Program-made: the position numbers and the translations under genes
The notes under the pieces: generated by a model
Databases searched by the model: none
What the model was told of the DNA's origin: nothing
What the model saw: only the letters and a program-made list of their open reading frames with translations
Part shown: in pieces, positions 37,840 to 51,612 of the stretch
Numbering within the stretch: the first letter of the stretch is position 1
How the letters are laid out: each line of letters starts with the position of its first letter
DNA from: Eledone cirrhosa
Taxonomy: Eukaryota
Direction: 5' to 3'
Assembly (NCBI GenBank): GCA_964016885.1
Contig: OZ024740.1
Coordinates: forward strand, 301,010,001-301,074,000
DNA length: 64,000 nucleotides

Positions 37840-40800
37840 TTTGGCCGAACGCCACCGGCTCCGGACGCCCAAGACCCGTTTCTCGCCCAGGGCAATTTAG
37901 CACCCTGGACGCCTTCGTCGATGCCTGCCGCAGCGCAGTAAATCGTTTCGACTTCCGCCACCGTTCCAAACGGTACAATATCTCACGGGGCGAACTCCTC
38001 GTACTCCGCTCCCTCCGTAGCCGAGATGACATCGTCATCAAACCGGCGGACAAGGGAGGCGCCGTGGTGGTATGGTGCGCGGACCTCTACACGTCCGAAG
38101 CCCTCAGGCAGCTCTGTAACCCCCTCTTTTACCGCCCTCTACCCTCCGATCCCACCCCCCTCTACCAACAACAAGTCTCCTCCAACATCAAAGACCTTAT
38201 CGCCTCCTCACCTCTCCCCACACCGCTTCCCACCTCATCGTCCGCACCCCCCGCACCCCCACCATCTACTCCTCCCCAAACTCCACAAACCCGACAACCC
38301 CGGCCGCACCATCGTCTCCGCTTGCAACTGCCCCACCGAACTCATCTCCGCCTTTCTCGACTCCCTCCTCGCCCCCCTTGTCACCATCCTCCCCTGCCAC
38401 ATCTCCGACACCAACCACGCCCTGCGCCTTTTCGACTCCTTCACCTACCTACCCGGCCCACAGCCCTTCCTCTTCACCCTAGACATCAAGTCCCTCTATA
38501 CAGTCATACCCCACGCCGACGGCCTTCGCTCCCTCAAACACTACCTCGACCTTCTCCCCCCCATTCCCTCCACCCCCACCCTCCTTCGCCTCGCCGAGCT
38601 AGTCCTCACCCTAAATTGTTTCTCCTTCTCGGGTGAGTTTTACCAACAGGTCACGGGGGTAGCCATGGGCACAAGAATGGGCCCGAACTATGCCAACCTT
38701 TTTGTTGGCCATGTTGAGGCCCAAATCTTTGCCCAGTACACCGGCCCCGCGCCCGAACTGTACGGTCGTTACATTGACGACTGTATCGGAGCCACGACCC
38801 TCACTCGAGAACAGCTCGACTCCTTTCTCTCCTTCTTCTGCTCCTTCCACCCCTCCCTCCACTTCACCACCTCTATCTCCACCACCCACGTCCACTTCTT
38901 AGACATCTCCGTCGCCTTGGACCCCTCCCACCACTCCCTCGTCACCTCCGCCTTCTTCAAAACCACCGACTCCCACTCTTACCTCGACTTCACCTCTTCC
39001 CACCCCACCCACAATAAACACTCCATTCCCTACTCCCAACTTCTCAGGATCCGCTGCCTCTGTAGCCGTGATGCTGACTTCGAGTCCCAGGCCCTTTCCC
39101 TAGTCATCCATTTCATCCGCAGAGGTTACCCTCCTCTCTCGTCTACACCGCTCTCACCCGCGCCCGTGCTTCCCCCGCTCCACCACCCTCACCCCACGCC
39201 ACTGCACACCCACCCACCGTCTACCCTTCCCCATCACCTACCACCCCTCCACCTTACCCCTCCACCGCACCATCCGCCGCCTCTTCCGACGCCTCCAGTC
39301 CGACCACTCCACCTCCCACATCTTCCCAACCCCACCACTCCCCTCCTTCAAACGCGCACGCAATCTCCGCACCCTCCTCGTCCACAGCTCCCTACCCCCA
39401 ACCCACGCTCTGTTTCCCCGCTGCAACACCTGTCCCCACATCACCAACACCACCACCCTCCAGGGTCCCAACGGCCACACTCTCTCGGTCTGGCATGCCC
39501 ACCGCTGCACCTCCTCCAACCTAGTCTACGGACCTCGCTGCACGGAGTGCAGCGCGACTAATGTCGGACAGACAGGACGTCGCCTGGCGGACCGAGTCAC
39601 GGAGCACCTCCGGGATATTCGTCTCGGGGGCAGTTCCCCTATCGCCCGCCACTTTGGTGGCCCTGGACACTCCGCACGCCATCTCACAGTCTGTGGCCTA
39701 CTCCAATGCTACGGAACACCCGCCAATCGCCTTAGGGTCGAACAACGAACTATCTTCATCTTGCAGACCCACACTCCCCCCTGCCTGAACTCCCCACCCT
39801 ATTTCTTTAGCCTTCGACCGCCCCCCTCCCCCCATACTTATCCCCCGCTAACACCACTAACACACCCCTCCTTTTCACCGCCCACCCCACAACTAACAAT
39901 ACTAACACCTCCACTCCACCCCTCATCTGACCACCCTTCCCCAACTAACATACTAACATCCCTTCCCTCCCCTCTTCTCCTCCTCCCCCTCCTTATCACA
40001 CGCACACACCCACCGGCACATATATACACGCGCTCACACTAAACACACATCCTACTACCACCACTAACCCTCACCCCCACACCTCTCACCCCCACACCTC
40101 CATCCCACCACCCCGCAACTAACCTCACTAACACACCCTAACCCCAAGCACACGAACACACGCACCCACTTACACCACCCACCCCAAACGCAACTAACAT
40201 CACTAACACCCCCAAACCCCACGCACACGTACCCACACACCCTCGTACACCACCAACTCTACACACCCTACCACCACTAACTCCCACTCACACCTGCATT
40301 CAACCCCTCCCCACCTCCCGTATACTAACACCCACTAACACCTCTTCATCAAACTACACACACACCAGTACACCACACTCCCTCCATAGAACCACACACA
40401 CCCTTCTCTCCCCGCTCCACCCACACCCTCGCTCCACACTCACTCATCCCACTAACACCCCTACTAATACACACAAACACACACCCTCCTCACTCCAACT
40501 TTCACACCTACCCATCCTCGCCCCCTTAACATTCCACCGACTGCTGCTATGCCCTCTGACCACCTCCCAGCACTAACAGACCACAGCACTCCCACTGCTG
40601 ACCACTTCCTGTTGCGCGCGCACCCCACATCTCTCCTCTTCCGACCACCGATACATGGATTACCCACACGCAGAAATTCACCTACAACCAATCCACTAAA
40701 CATCTTTGGAATTTACCAACTTTTCAACCATCCTCTTACGTAATCACCCATATAACTCACCCACACACACACACCCAAAAATGTGTTTTTCTCCACACGC

Positions 40801-41440
40801 CACCCACACCCACAACACGCTTAAACCACACACACACGTGATTTCCACCACATATTTACACCCTCAGCCTCCTGATTCATCTCTCCCCCCCCTCTATCCA
40901 CACACGCACAGACACTCCGACCCCCGACACACACACCTCTTCCTGAACATGCAACCCCGTTCTTCCCCCAACCCTTACTTTCACATACACACAGACACAC
41001 ACACACGCACACCATATTCAGCCCTCCCCGCTCGGACACCCCGTCTCCCTCTCCCCACTCCACCCGCCGCCACCCCTACACACCCCATACCCATCCACCA
41101 CCTGTTTACCCCCCTTTTAATTTCAGTTCATTTTGATCATGCCTTTATTTTTAAATTTATCTCATTCCTTGTATTTTGATCATGCTTTATTTTTATTTTT
41201 ATTTTTATCTTTATTTTTATCTTTACTTGTTATTTTTTCATTCGCACCGTTTCCTTTCGCTATATGTCTCTCCACCATTCCCCTACACACCCTTTGAACT
41301 CTGTTCCCACACACTTCTCACCTGAGGAAGGACTTATGCCCGAAACGTCGTCCTCCACCTACACCCCACTCCCCAGAGCGTGAAATTAATAAACATTTGT
41401 TGTACTGCCTCTCTGTTTTGTCCCTGTTCGAATTTTTCCA
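37840..41440 (+). mobile_element. Near-full RT + GIY-YIG Penelope-like element, Neptune-like, frameshifted
   Basis: IKPADKGGAVVVW, LPKLHK..GRTIVS, LDIKSLYTVIP, GVAMGTRMGPNYANLF, RYIDD, FLD, SHP..SIPYSQLLR, LVYGPRCTEC..VGQTGRRLADRVTEH; ends in (TA)n. Confidence 0.95.
41319..41352 (+). ncRNA. Minimal HHR in PLE 3' terminus
   Basis: CTGAGGA-A-GGAC(TTAT)GCCC-GAAAC-GTC; palindromic ACGT helix III and GUC triplet typical of PLE minimal HHRs. Confidence 0.75.
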
Positions 41441-41460
41441 TTATATATATATATATATAT

Positions 41461-41875
41461 ACAGCTACCAGAAATAACATCTGTGAAATATACAGCGCCA
41501 TCTATCTGTTAGTTAGCTACCCCAACGGGGAACAAAGAAAACAGCCCTTAGAAACCACCAGAATAAACGCCTACACTAGTCTAATCATCAAACGATTATT
41601 TCTGTATAAAATAGAGTGATCCCAAACACTTTCGCCAGTCGACTTTTGGCAGAGTCAGCTAGCATATCGTTGTTCCTTTACTCTGCCACGCTTTGTCACT
41701 CACACACGCCTTGTACCTTGTATCGTCGCTTCATGTGAATATAAATAACTGATCGAATTTACATCTCGCCTTGCTTCGTCCTTTTCAACTTGTGCTTTCG
41801 TCTGTCCATCCTCACCAGTGACAATAGTTCTTTTAAGGGCTATCTTCAGATCTGATCAGACCGTATGCGATAACA
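41461..41875 (+). mobile_element. Possible solo-LTR-like remnant
   Basis: TATAAAA at ~41605, A-rich signal at ~41740, end in ..TAACA; no TSD or 5' TG confirmed. Confidence 0.3.
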
Positions 41876-41941
41876 ATCCTTCTAAGGACTATTCTCGGAT
41901 CTGATCAGAAGTAGTGACCAGACTGACTAACCACGTCGCTT

Positions 41942-42014
<73 letters not shown>

Positions 42015-42032
42015 GTATATGTATATGTATAA

Positions 42033-42097
<65 letters not shown>

Positions 42098-42098
42098 C

Positions 42099-42204
<106 letters not shown>

Positions 42205-42220
42205 TTATATATATATACAT

Positions 42221-43330
42221 ATATTCAACACATTAACAGAGAAAGCCTTAAGCTATACTCTGACTGGCTACCATCTCACTCAACAAACATTAGGATATAC
42301 CTTAGTATAATCCCAATTTTATGTTTGGGGTGCTAACTATATGTATTTTGTGGAAAGCCAGTTGTATTATTTTATATGAGATATAATTAAAATTAAAATA
42401 TATATCTCTCCTTCCAAACAATTGTTTCATTATAAGTTTTCTACAAGTTGGGAGAATGTGTCCAGGGTTATGTAGAAGCCAGCATATTTTTCCGTAAGAA
42501 CATATGCAGGTGGACACTTATAAATCATCAGTGGATGCTCGTCAAACATTGATATAAGAAAAAATCTCTTACCGATGTCATTTTTCGTGTCCGTAAATCG
42601 TCCCTCCACGCATCATAATGACCGCCAAATTTGAAATTCCAGCAGTCTCAGAATGAGGAATTTCACAGCGTCACGAAGCGGAAAAGGGAGGCAATCGCGA
42701 AACACAAGAAAGTAAAATAATTTACACGTGGGTCAATTAATGTTTTCAACAATTTTAACCCTGCGTGTTAAGAACTCAATTATATTTTAAAAAAATAAAT
42801 GTATGCATGTATTAATTATACACGCATATAGATATTTTCTTAGGCTAAAAACAGAGATAAGATACCAAAATAACAATCAATATTTCATAATAATAATAAA
42901 TACGGAATGTTACGCTTAAAAGGTATCTGGAAATATTTATCTCTGGCCAAATCAAGAGTAAAATATTCAATACGTTAACAGAGAAAGCCTTAAGCTATAC
43001 TCTGGCTGGCTACCATCTCACTCAACAAACATTAGGATATACCTTAGTATAATCCCAATTTTATGTTTGGGGTGCTAACTATATGTATTTTGTGGAAAGC
43101 CAGTTGTATTATTTTATATGAGATATAATTAAAATTAAAATATATATCTCTCTTTCCAAACAATTGTTTCATTATAAGTTTTCTACAAGTTGGGAGAATG
43201 TGTCCAGGGTTATGTAGAAGCCAGCATATTTTTCCGTAAGAACATATGCAGGTGGGCACTTATAAATCATCAGTGGGAGCCCGTCAAACATTGATATAAG
43301 AAAAAATCTCTTACCGATGTCATTTTTCGT
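42221..43330. repeat. 368-bp direct duplication (42221-42588 / 42963-43330)
   Basis: Near-identical copies; the ORF track shows twin 71-aa ORFs. Confidence 0.95.
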
Positions 43331-43771
43331 ACTCCAGGTCATCACAAGTTCTGGTCAGTATCTGCTGCCACACGGTTCATTAACCATTTTCCGTCTGACA
43401 TATTTTAATGGAGTCATGCTGGGTTCAGTACTTCACACGTCTGCTCACACTTCAGAGTAAGCACCCACACATACTAGAATAAACACATAGTATCACACAC
43501 ATATATATATTCAGACATGCACCTATCTATACATTCACACTCGTACGTCTACATGCTAAGACACACACACCGCCACATACATACATCGCAGTATATATAC
43601 TCACACACCCTCTCTCCCTCACTCCCATGGGCCCAGTCACACACACTCTTGATACATGCCGCCACAAGCCATCTTACTGTTCTGTATCAATTGGGTAAGC
43701 ATGTCATATTCAAACTTACACATATATACATACACATGCGCGCACGCACACATACGGCCAACCTTCTATAC

Positions 43772-43863
<92 letters not shown>

Positions 43864-44780
43864 AAATAATGAATAAAACAATGAAACAGTTCCTTATATT
43901 AAACAAAAAAAGTTCATTATTTAACGATCGTTTCTAGGACATATATGTGTTAGAATTGGCATGCATATTCAACAGATCCATGTACACAATTATACAAAAT
44001 TATACAAACTATCAAATAGAATATACATACCAACACATACATATGCCGTCTTCAGAAATAATGAAATATATTTATTGATAATAACAACAATTCAAAATTA
44101 CAGGTCTGTTTGGGAACAGAGTTCAAATAGACCAATGACATACACAAAAATATATCAAGAAAATACAGTTAGGTGAGTGTATATATGTAAGTAACTTCGT
44201 TCACAGATATGCATAAAAACGTATGTTCACATGCATACGCATGTCGAAAAAATGTATGTAAATACAAAAATTCAGGGCTAATGTCTCTGTATGTTTATAA
44301 TCTACAGACAAAATACATATACGTATACATACATATATACACTCATATATACACACATATACATACATTCATACACACACACGCATATACACATAAACAT
44401 ACACATACCCACGAACATACATATATATATATGCATATATATATGTATACACACGCTCATACATACGCTCATACACACGCATATATACATACACACATAC
44501 ATTCACATACATACGCACATGTGCATACACATATACATATACACCTAGGATTTTTTCATTATGATGAATGAAAGTAAATATCGTTTGCTTTCAAGAAACC
44601 ACTGGTAAATGAAACAACTATTCTATGTTGTTCATTACATAACTATATGTATATATAAACATATATATACACACACACACATACATAAATACACACACAT
44701 ATATACACAAACGTAAACTCACACATGTCCACACACACATACTAACACATACGTACATAAACATTGCCTACAGACGTACG

Positions 44781-44811
<31 letters not shown>

Positions 44812-44881
44812 CTTGTTTTATATAAGTATAGATATATAAGTATAGATATATAAGTATAGATATATAAGTATAGATAAGTAA

Positions 44882-45303
44882 TGTATAACCTGTAAAATAA
44901 GCCCCCATATTAACTGTAAAACTAGAAATGTAGTGTATAGCATAATATGTACTGAAGGACAATGTAGAGACAAAAATATAGTGTACATAGGTGAGACAGT
45001 TCGTAGTGTAGGGGAACGGATAAATGAACACTGGCGAGACCTTCAAGATAGTAAAGAATCATCTGTACTCTACCAACATGCTAAAATAGAACACAAGGGT
45101 AAATTAGAGAACATAGAAATAAAAATAGAATCTACACACAGAAAAGACGCAATGTTTAGACAAATCACAGAAGCAAGAAACATAAAAGAATTACAACCAA
45201 AATGTAATAGAAAATATGAGTGGAACAGCAACATCACAACTTACAATTAAGGACAAAATGAAAACACAAACACACATAGAACAAACAACCAACCAGTAAC
45301 ATG

Positions 45304-45334
<31 letters not shown>

Positions 45335-45660
45335 ATGAACATAAACACACACAGGCACCCGGATGTGGCGCATGCGCAGACTGAGCACACAACACACACA
45401 CAGAAACAAAATGGCGTAGGACAGAACAAAGGAGAGGCACAGAAACAAAGAAAGGAATCCCCAGTCACTGAAGAGGTCACAGAGTGTGTGACGAAAGAAC
45501 TATGACAATATATAAACAACTATCTGGTTGTGGAACCAACCAACCAACCAGAAATTTATAAATTTATTAATTTATTATAAATTTATTATAATAAATTGAT
45601 GTGAAAGCAACTGGTGCGTGTGTTTCTTATTGGCAACTGGACCCTCACAAAGTATAACAA
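44882..45660 (+). mobile_element. 5'-truncated PLE: intact GIY-YIG domain plus 3' terminus, Naiad-like
   Basis: CITC..NCKTRNVVYSIICTEGQC..VYIGETVRSVGERINEH..RQITEA..NRKYEW (open 44882-45250); HHR; terminus into (TA)n. Confidence 0.88.
45464..45506 (+). ncRNA. Minimal type I hammerhead ribozyme, all helices intact
   Basis: GTCA-CTGAAGA-G-GTCACA(GAGTG)TGTGAC-GAA-AG(AA)CT-A-TGAC; CUA triplet. Confidence 0.8.
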
Positions 45661-46369
45661 TATATATAGATATATACACACAAAAGAAAAAGAAAAAAGG
45701 ACAACTTAACATGCATACGCATATCCACACATATACATAGAAATACCGACGCATGGGCCGAACTACATACATCTACACATGCGTGCGCATACATGCTGCC
45801 TGGGCCCATGGGAGAGAGGGTGTGTGAGTATATATACTGCGATGTATATATGTGGCGGTGTGGGTGTCTGAGCATGTCGGCGTACGAGTGTGAATGCAGA
45901 GACAGGTGTATGTCTGAATATATATATGTGTTTGTTACTATGTGTTTATTCTAGTATGTGTGGGTGCTTACTCTGAAGTGTGAGCAGACGTGTGAAGTAC
46001 TGAACCCAGCATGACTCCATTGAAATATGTCAGACGAAAAATGGTTGATGAACCGTGTGTCAGCAGATAGTGATCAAACTTGTGTGACGTGGAGTAAAAA
46101 CAGCCAATGGCATGATAAGAGTAAAAAAGAAGGTTTTTTGATGGGTTGTTTTGATGACAACACCCCAGTGATAAAATTTGCTCCGGACATAACAGCCGTG
46201 TCTGAAAGAACCCGCAGAAGTAGAATCAGCCAGATCCATACAAGGACCATGGCTCGAGCTACATGCCGGCGAAACATTTGTAACACGAAATAAACTAATC
46301 CAGATGCATCACTGATTTTTTCTTTTTCTTGATAATATATATATATATATATTTATATATATATTTATA

Positions 46370-46448
<79 letters not shown>

Positions 46449-46879
46449 GGGATTGCACACCTCTCTTTCTCTTTCTTTCTTTAAACGTATGTCATGTGAT
46501 TTTCTCAATGACTTTTAATTCACTTCTCGTGTACGTGCACAATTTACAGCAGTACATAAAATGTAGCTGCAGATTCTTGCGTGTGACACAAATATTCTTC
46601 TACATCGTTTCCACGAGATAGGGTCGTTAAGTCTAAGAAATGTAACAAGTTAATTGTCTTGAAATACGAGTAAAGCAATGATAAAATTTATCCCCGAACA
46701 ATTCAAGCCATAAGAGCATTCATCCACGTATTTCCTTGTTGCACGATCATTTGCCTTAATTATCAATTTAATTGCATTTCAATTTCTTTTGTCTGATTCT
46801 ATACAGTTTAACTATTGACTTCATGGCGTGATCTGTATTATTTGTCGAAGAGAACTCAATATTTAGATAGACTGCATAG

Positions 46880-47280
46880 TATGTAGTTAGGTAGGTAAGT
46901 GCGTAGATAGGTAGTTGTGTAGGTATGTAGATAGCTATATAGGAAGGTACGTATGTATGTAGATAGATAGGTAGGTAAAAGGGTAAGTAGGAAGGTAGGT
47001 AGATTGGAAGATAGGTAGGTTTATAGGTAGTTACGAAGGAAAGTAGGTAGTTCTGTAGATAGGTAGGTAATTAGGAGTTAGGTAGGTAGTTAGATAGCTA
47101 CGTCTGTAGAGAGATAGTTAAATAGATTTGGAGGTTTATAGGTAGTTAGATAGCTTCGTATGTAGGAAGATAGTTAAGTAGATCTGAAAATACGTGGGTA
47201 TGCCAGTACATAGATAGGTAGTTATTCAAGTAGGTAGATAGGTAGATATGTAGATGTGTATATAGATAGGTAGGTAGTCA
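46880..47280. repeat. Degenerate (TAGG/TAGA)n satellite
   Basis: Visible tetranucleotide run. Confidence 0.9.
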
Positions 47281-47344
47281 CGTATGTATGTATTATTAAC
47301 AATAGCTATGTATGTGTGTGTATAGATTATTTGATTCTGCCTGC

Positions 47345-48250
47345 TCATTTACACTTCCTCGAAATCTGGCCGCTATTCTGGAAATATTTCAAATTGCTTG
47401 AGCGTTTCCTGCAGAAATCTCTAAGGTGTGCATTCATCATCAAGGGGCAAGACAGAACTCCTGACATCGATGCCCTTGTTATAGCAGAATGTTGAAGCAT
47501 TGTGTCACTATGGATATCTTCGCAAATGAAGCGGAATAGAATATATCCTCCGTATGAAAGTAAGCAGTATCCCAAAGCAATTGTTTTACAGTGAGCTTCA
47601 TCTAGGAAAAAGGCCAGAACACAAACCGAAAATCAGTTACAACGTCAATATCACGAACAGCCTCAAAGAGCTGTCACTTGATATAGAAAACTGGGAGAAT
47701 ATAGCTTTTAATAAGACCATGTGGAGAAAGTGCATAATAGGCAGTTGCAAAACGTTGAAGAATGTCACCTAGAGGATAAACTACTAAAGTGTCAGCCCGG
47801 AACGGTTATGCTCACAGTTTTGCTTAATGAGAAAAAGCAAAATATTTCACATGAATTTTGTAAGAACCTATAATTAAAGAATATTTCCGCGACTATTCAG
47901 CTGAGGTCAGTAACATATATAACATTTCACGGAAAGTCATCAATATAAATCATATATATAGGAAGTAGCTATACATGCGAATTTTGTCAATGAGTATTCT
48001 TCTCAGAAACTGGTTACCTTAATCACCAGAAGTCGCAACACCACTGAAGAACATTCCGGTAAAAAACCCTGTGAGATATGCAACGAAGTATGTAGAACTA
48101 TTTATAGAGTAAAAGAAATCACACAGTGGTGCATAAAGATAGTATCCTACAAAATGACCCCACTAATCCTGTGTAAAGCACAACTCTCTGTCACCCCTGT
48201 TATGAACCATGCAGATCTGCCGCTGGTCTAAAAAGTCATGGACATGGATG
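47345..48250 (+). mobile_element. Decayed RTE-clade LINE 3' end with C2H2-like remnants
   Basis: IPKQLFYSELHLGKR..KP..WENIAFNKTMWRKCI; downstream CEFCQ..YLNHQKSQH, CEICNEVC, CHPCYEPCRSAAGLKSH. Confidence 0.7.
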
Positions 48251-48710
48251 GAATGTCAATGAAGAATTAATAACCGAGAGCAATCGTCCGTGAAGACGAT
48301 ACAAGCATCATGTATGATCGAATGTTTGTATGTGTGTATGTATATATGTATGCATGTATCAGTGTTTGTATGTATGTATGTCTGCAGGGAGTTAGGTAGG
48401 TAATTAGGTAGGCATGTAGGTAGGAAGGTAGGCCGGTAGATATGTAGGTTGGTAAGAAAAAAGGTGGTAGGAGAAATTAATTGTGTGGGACAAAGACTGA
48501 CAATACAGTGCTGTAGTGAAATTATGAACGGGTGCCTGAATTTGCGCGGAACGGTTATGCTCACAGTCTTGCATAATGAGAAAAAGCGAACTATTTCACA
48601 TGAATTTTGTAAGAACCTATAATTAAAGAATATTTCCGCGACTATTCAGCTTAGGGCAGTAACATATGTAAAATTTCACGGAAAGTCATCAATATAAATC
48701 ATATATATAG
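47798..48710. repeat. 164-bp direct repeat (47798-47961 / 48547-48710)
   Basis: CGGAACGGTTATGCTCACAG...AAATCATATATATAG occurs twice. Confidence 0.92.
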
Positions 48711-50608
48711 AATTCTGTGAGGAAGTACAATTCGATATTAAATATGATTTCCTAAGTGATGTCGTCTTTTTGTCAATCGTTGATATCGTTAAATCACTTC
48801 TCAAATATACACCATTCCTGTGCATATTATAATATTATATATTAGTGAAAATATGATTAATTAAGCTTCAACCATCTGTAGTCTGAACTATCGAAAGATT
48901 TGAAAAAAACACAAATAGTATCCATATCAGAGCTGTTATTAATATAGACACGTACCAAGATGGAAATATGATGAACTTTGCTTTGGCATAATAGGCATAT
49001 TCTTGGTGTATGTTATTAAAAAGGAGATTAGTATCATCAGTGATACTGATTCTAATAACTTTTTAATTACACATTCTAAACGTAATGGTTGATGTAAAAT
49101 GTTGTAAAGTGTAAGAGGCTTTGAGGAACGATGAAGATAGATAGATACAGAGGGAGAGATTAAGAGAGAGAGTGAAAGATAGCGAGAGAGAGCGAATGGT
49201 GTGCCAGTTAGTAAATGTATTAGTACATGAATCATTGGGTCACGATGGAAGATTATATGGAATTAGTAGTTCTAAGTGTTCGAAGAAGGCAAGTTGGTGG
49301 ATGTTAATTTTTAATTTAGTTTAACCCGGAGAGAACTAAATTGTGAACAAAACCGTTCAACCTCTAATCAACTGAGAATTGTACACGACATTGGTTCACA
49401 GTAGTACATCTTCCAAGGTCTCATTTACGAGCTCGGTAGATTATGTAGTCATATTTTCATTTGAAACCTCAGGGAAACATTCTAATACTTTCACAAAGCA
49501 GACTGTGATATATGTCGATTAGTAAATGGCAGCAAATGATGATATGTTGATTTAGTGTGCCACTGTCATTTTCTTTCTCTATTTAATATAAAGGTATAAT
49601 GCTAATGACAATCAAAATCACTCCGAGTTATATATAGTCGATGAAGATATTATTATTCTGGAACTACGAGAAGCAATAGATATTGTATTTAAAGGCAATT
49701 CCCCATCATACTTTAGTACATAATCAAAAGAATACCTGAAAATACGAGGGCATTCCTCTCCATCTTGTCTACAGCTAACAAGGACTCCAAAGTTAGCATT
49801 CGTGCCACTAAGATTGCTTTCAACTATTAGCTTTTGTTTGCATTGAGACCACTTTAAAATAAATAATATTTGCTATATGGGCATATGCCGCAGTCAAATC
49901 AATGTACACTGCAATAAATATATCCCAATACTTCACAATCCATACTATGCTTTGCTTATGTTTCTCTCGTATGAGTTCTACATTCTGCCAATTACAATCT
50001 CAGGTAGTATCCATCTCAAACAATGTCCAATGGACAGACCTTGAGTGGTAGCTGCTAAGCTCCTTATTCCTTTCTTGAAGAAACATGAGATGCTTGCACG
50101 TAACCACTCAGTCGTTACAGGTAACAAATTCCATATCAATGCCAAGAACACACATATTGCAGTTACGAAATACCGATATTAGCAAAATGCGCAAATCTGA
50201 TGTGAATATCAGGCTAAATTGAAAGAAACCACTGAGATAAGACAATTAGATCACCCAGACATACATATATTTAGGAATCAATGATTTAGACAGGTGTCAA
50301 CATATTGACAAAAACAGTATTTCGCCGACGACATTGTATTGTTATATCATATTGAGCAAATGATCAGGTGACACGGCGATTCAGGTAAAAAATTATGATA
50401 CAAATTCAGAAATTACAAAATCTAACAGCGTACGACGAATACAATTATCTAGTATCCGAATGGAAGTTGTGGAGACCTTCTCACACAGGGCATTAGTAAT
50501 TGAAATATTGGGAAGAGATTCTGAGATGAGCCACACGTATGCAGTAAATTAAAGAAACATTGAGATACAGATGAATTTCTGGATAGCAGAATGTCATATT
50601 TAGAGTAT

Positions 50609-50798
50609 TAATTGTTTCTACTTTTAGCATAAGGCCAGCAGTTAAACCAGTGCATTACTGGTACTTTATTTTATCGACCCCGTAAGGATGAGAGGCAAAG
50701 TTAACCTCGGTGGAATTTGAATTCAGATCATAAATGGCCGTAATTTTATGCTGCAAAGAATGGCGTCCGACGCTCTACCGATACTGACAATCCCGCCC
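50609..50798 (-). mobile_element. tRNA-derived SINE
   Basis: Same family as 14402 and 31684. Confidence 0.85.
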
Positions 50799-51173
50799 AT
50801 ATTCAGAATAATAATCTCCGACTTACCAAGACTATATCGTTTTTCACCAAATTGCTCGTATTTCTCCCGATTTAAATATCATCTTACGGAATGTTTACTC
50901 TTTTATTACATTTGGCGAAAAAAAGAAAAAAAACATACTTTGCAGAAATGTGTCGAAAATGCTGTGCCCCTATTAGCACGATCTAAGACTAGTACTTCTT
51001 GCAAATTCAGATCTTATGTTGAAAGAACATGTATGGCCACTTGTGCTGTATCATCCAAAAATCCATTTTGTTATATATCTCCATGATGAAATTATGAAGA
51101 ACGACCATACTAATATATATCATGACATAATTCTATCAAAGGTCTTACATATACAACTTTATATATATGTATG

Positions 51174-51316
<143 letters not shown>

Positions 51317-51420
51317 ATGAATAAAAATGGCGTAAACAATACAACACAATAGGAGGAAACATGATAATAGTGCCATTGATGATGTTGCAGATGTGCAACG
51401 AAAGAACATTGTTAGACTAT

Positions 51421-51612
51421 ATATATATTGGTAAACGGAAAAGAAAATGCTGACAAATTATTCACAGTGAAAAATAGTTTAATTAGGAATAAGTGAGAAT
51501 TAGTAATAGTATTGGTTAGTATTCAGTTTTGGATTTAAATTTTACCGGTTCCGCATTTCTAATGCTTTTCAAAAATAATTTTGAGATAGAGCGTCCGTGA
51601 TGTTTGCTCTAA
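51421..51612 (+). repeat. Interspersed repeat homologous to the arm of the 61463 palindrome
   Basis: TATATTGGTAAACGGAA..GAAAATGCTGACAAAT...TTTTGAGATAGAG..TGTTTGCTCT shared. Confidence 0.85.

Larger units (their letters stand above)
43332..46094. mobile_element. Element with ~300-bp terminal inverted repeats, TA-flanked
   Basis: 43331-43636 is the reverse complement of 45800-46095; ends TA|CTCCA...TGGAG|TA. Confidence 0.65.

Noticed and set aside
49600-50500. Possible decayed LINE endonuclease region (QLDH-like motif)
   Set aside because: Too degenerate to support by eye
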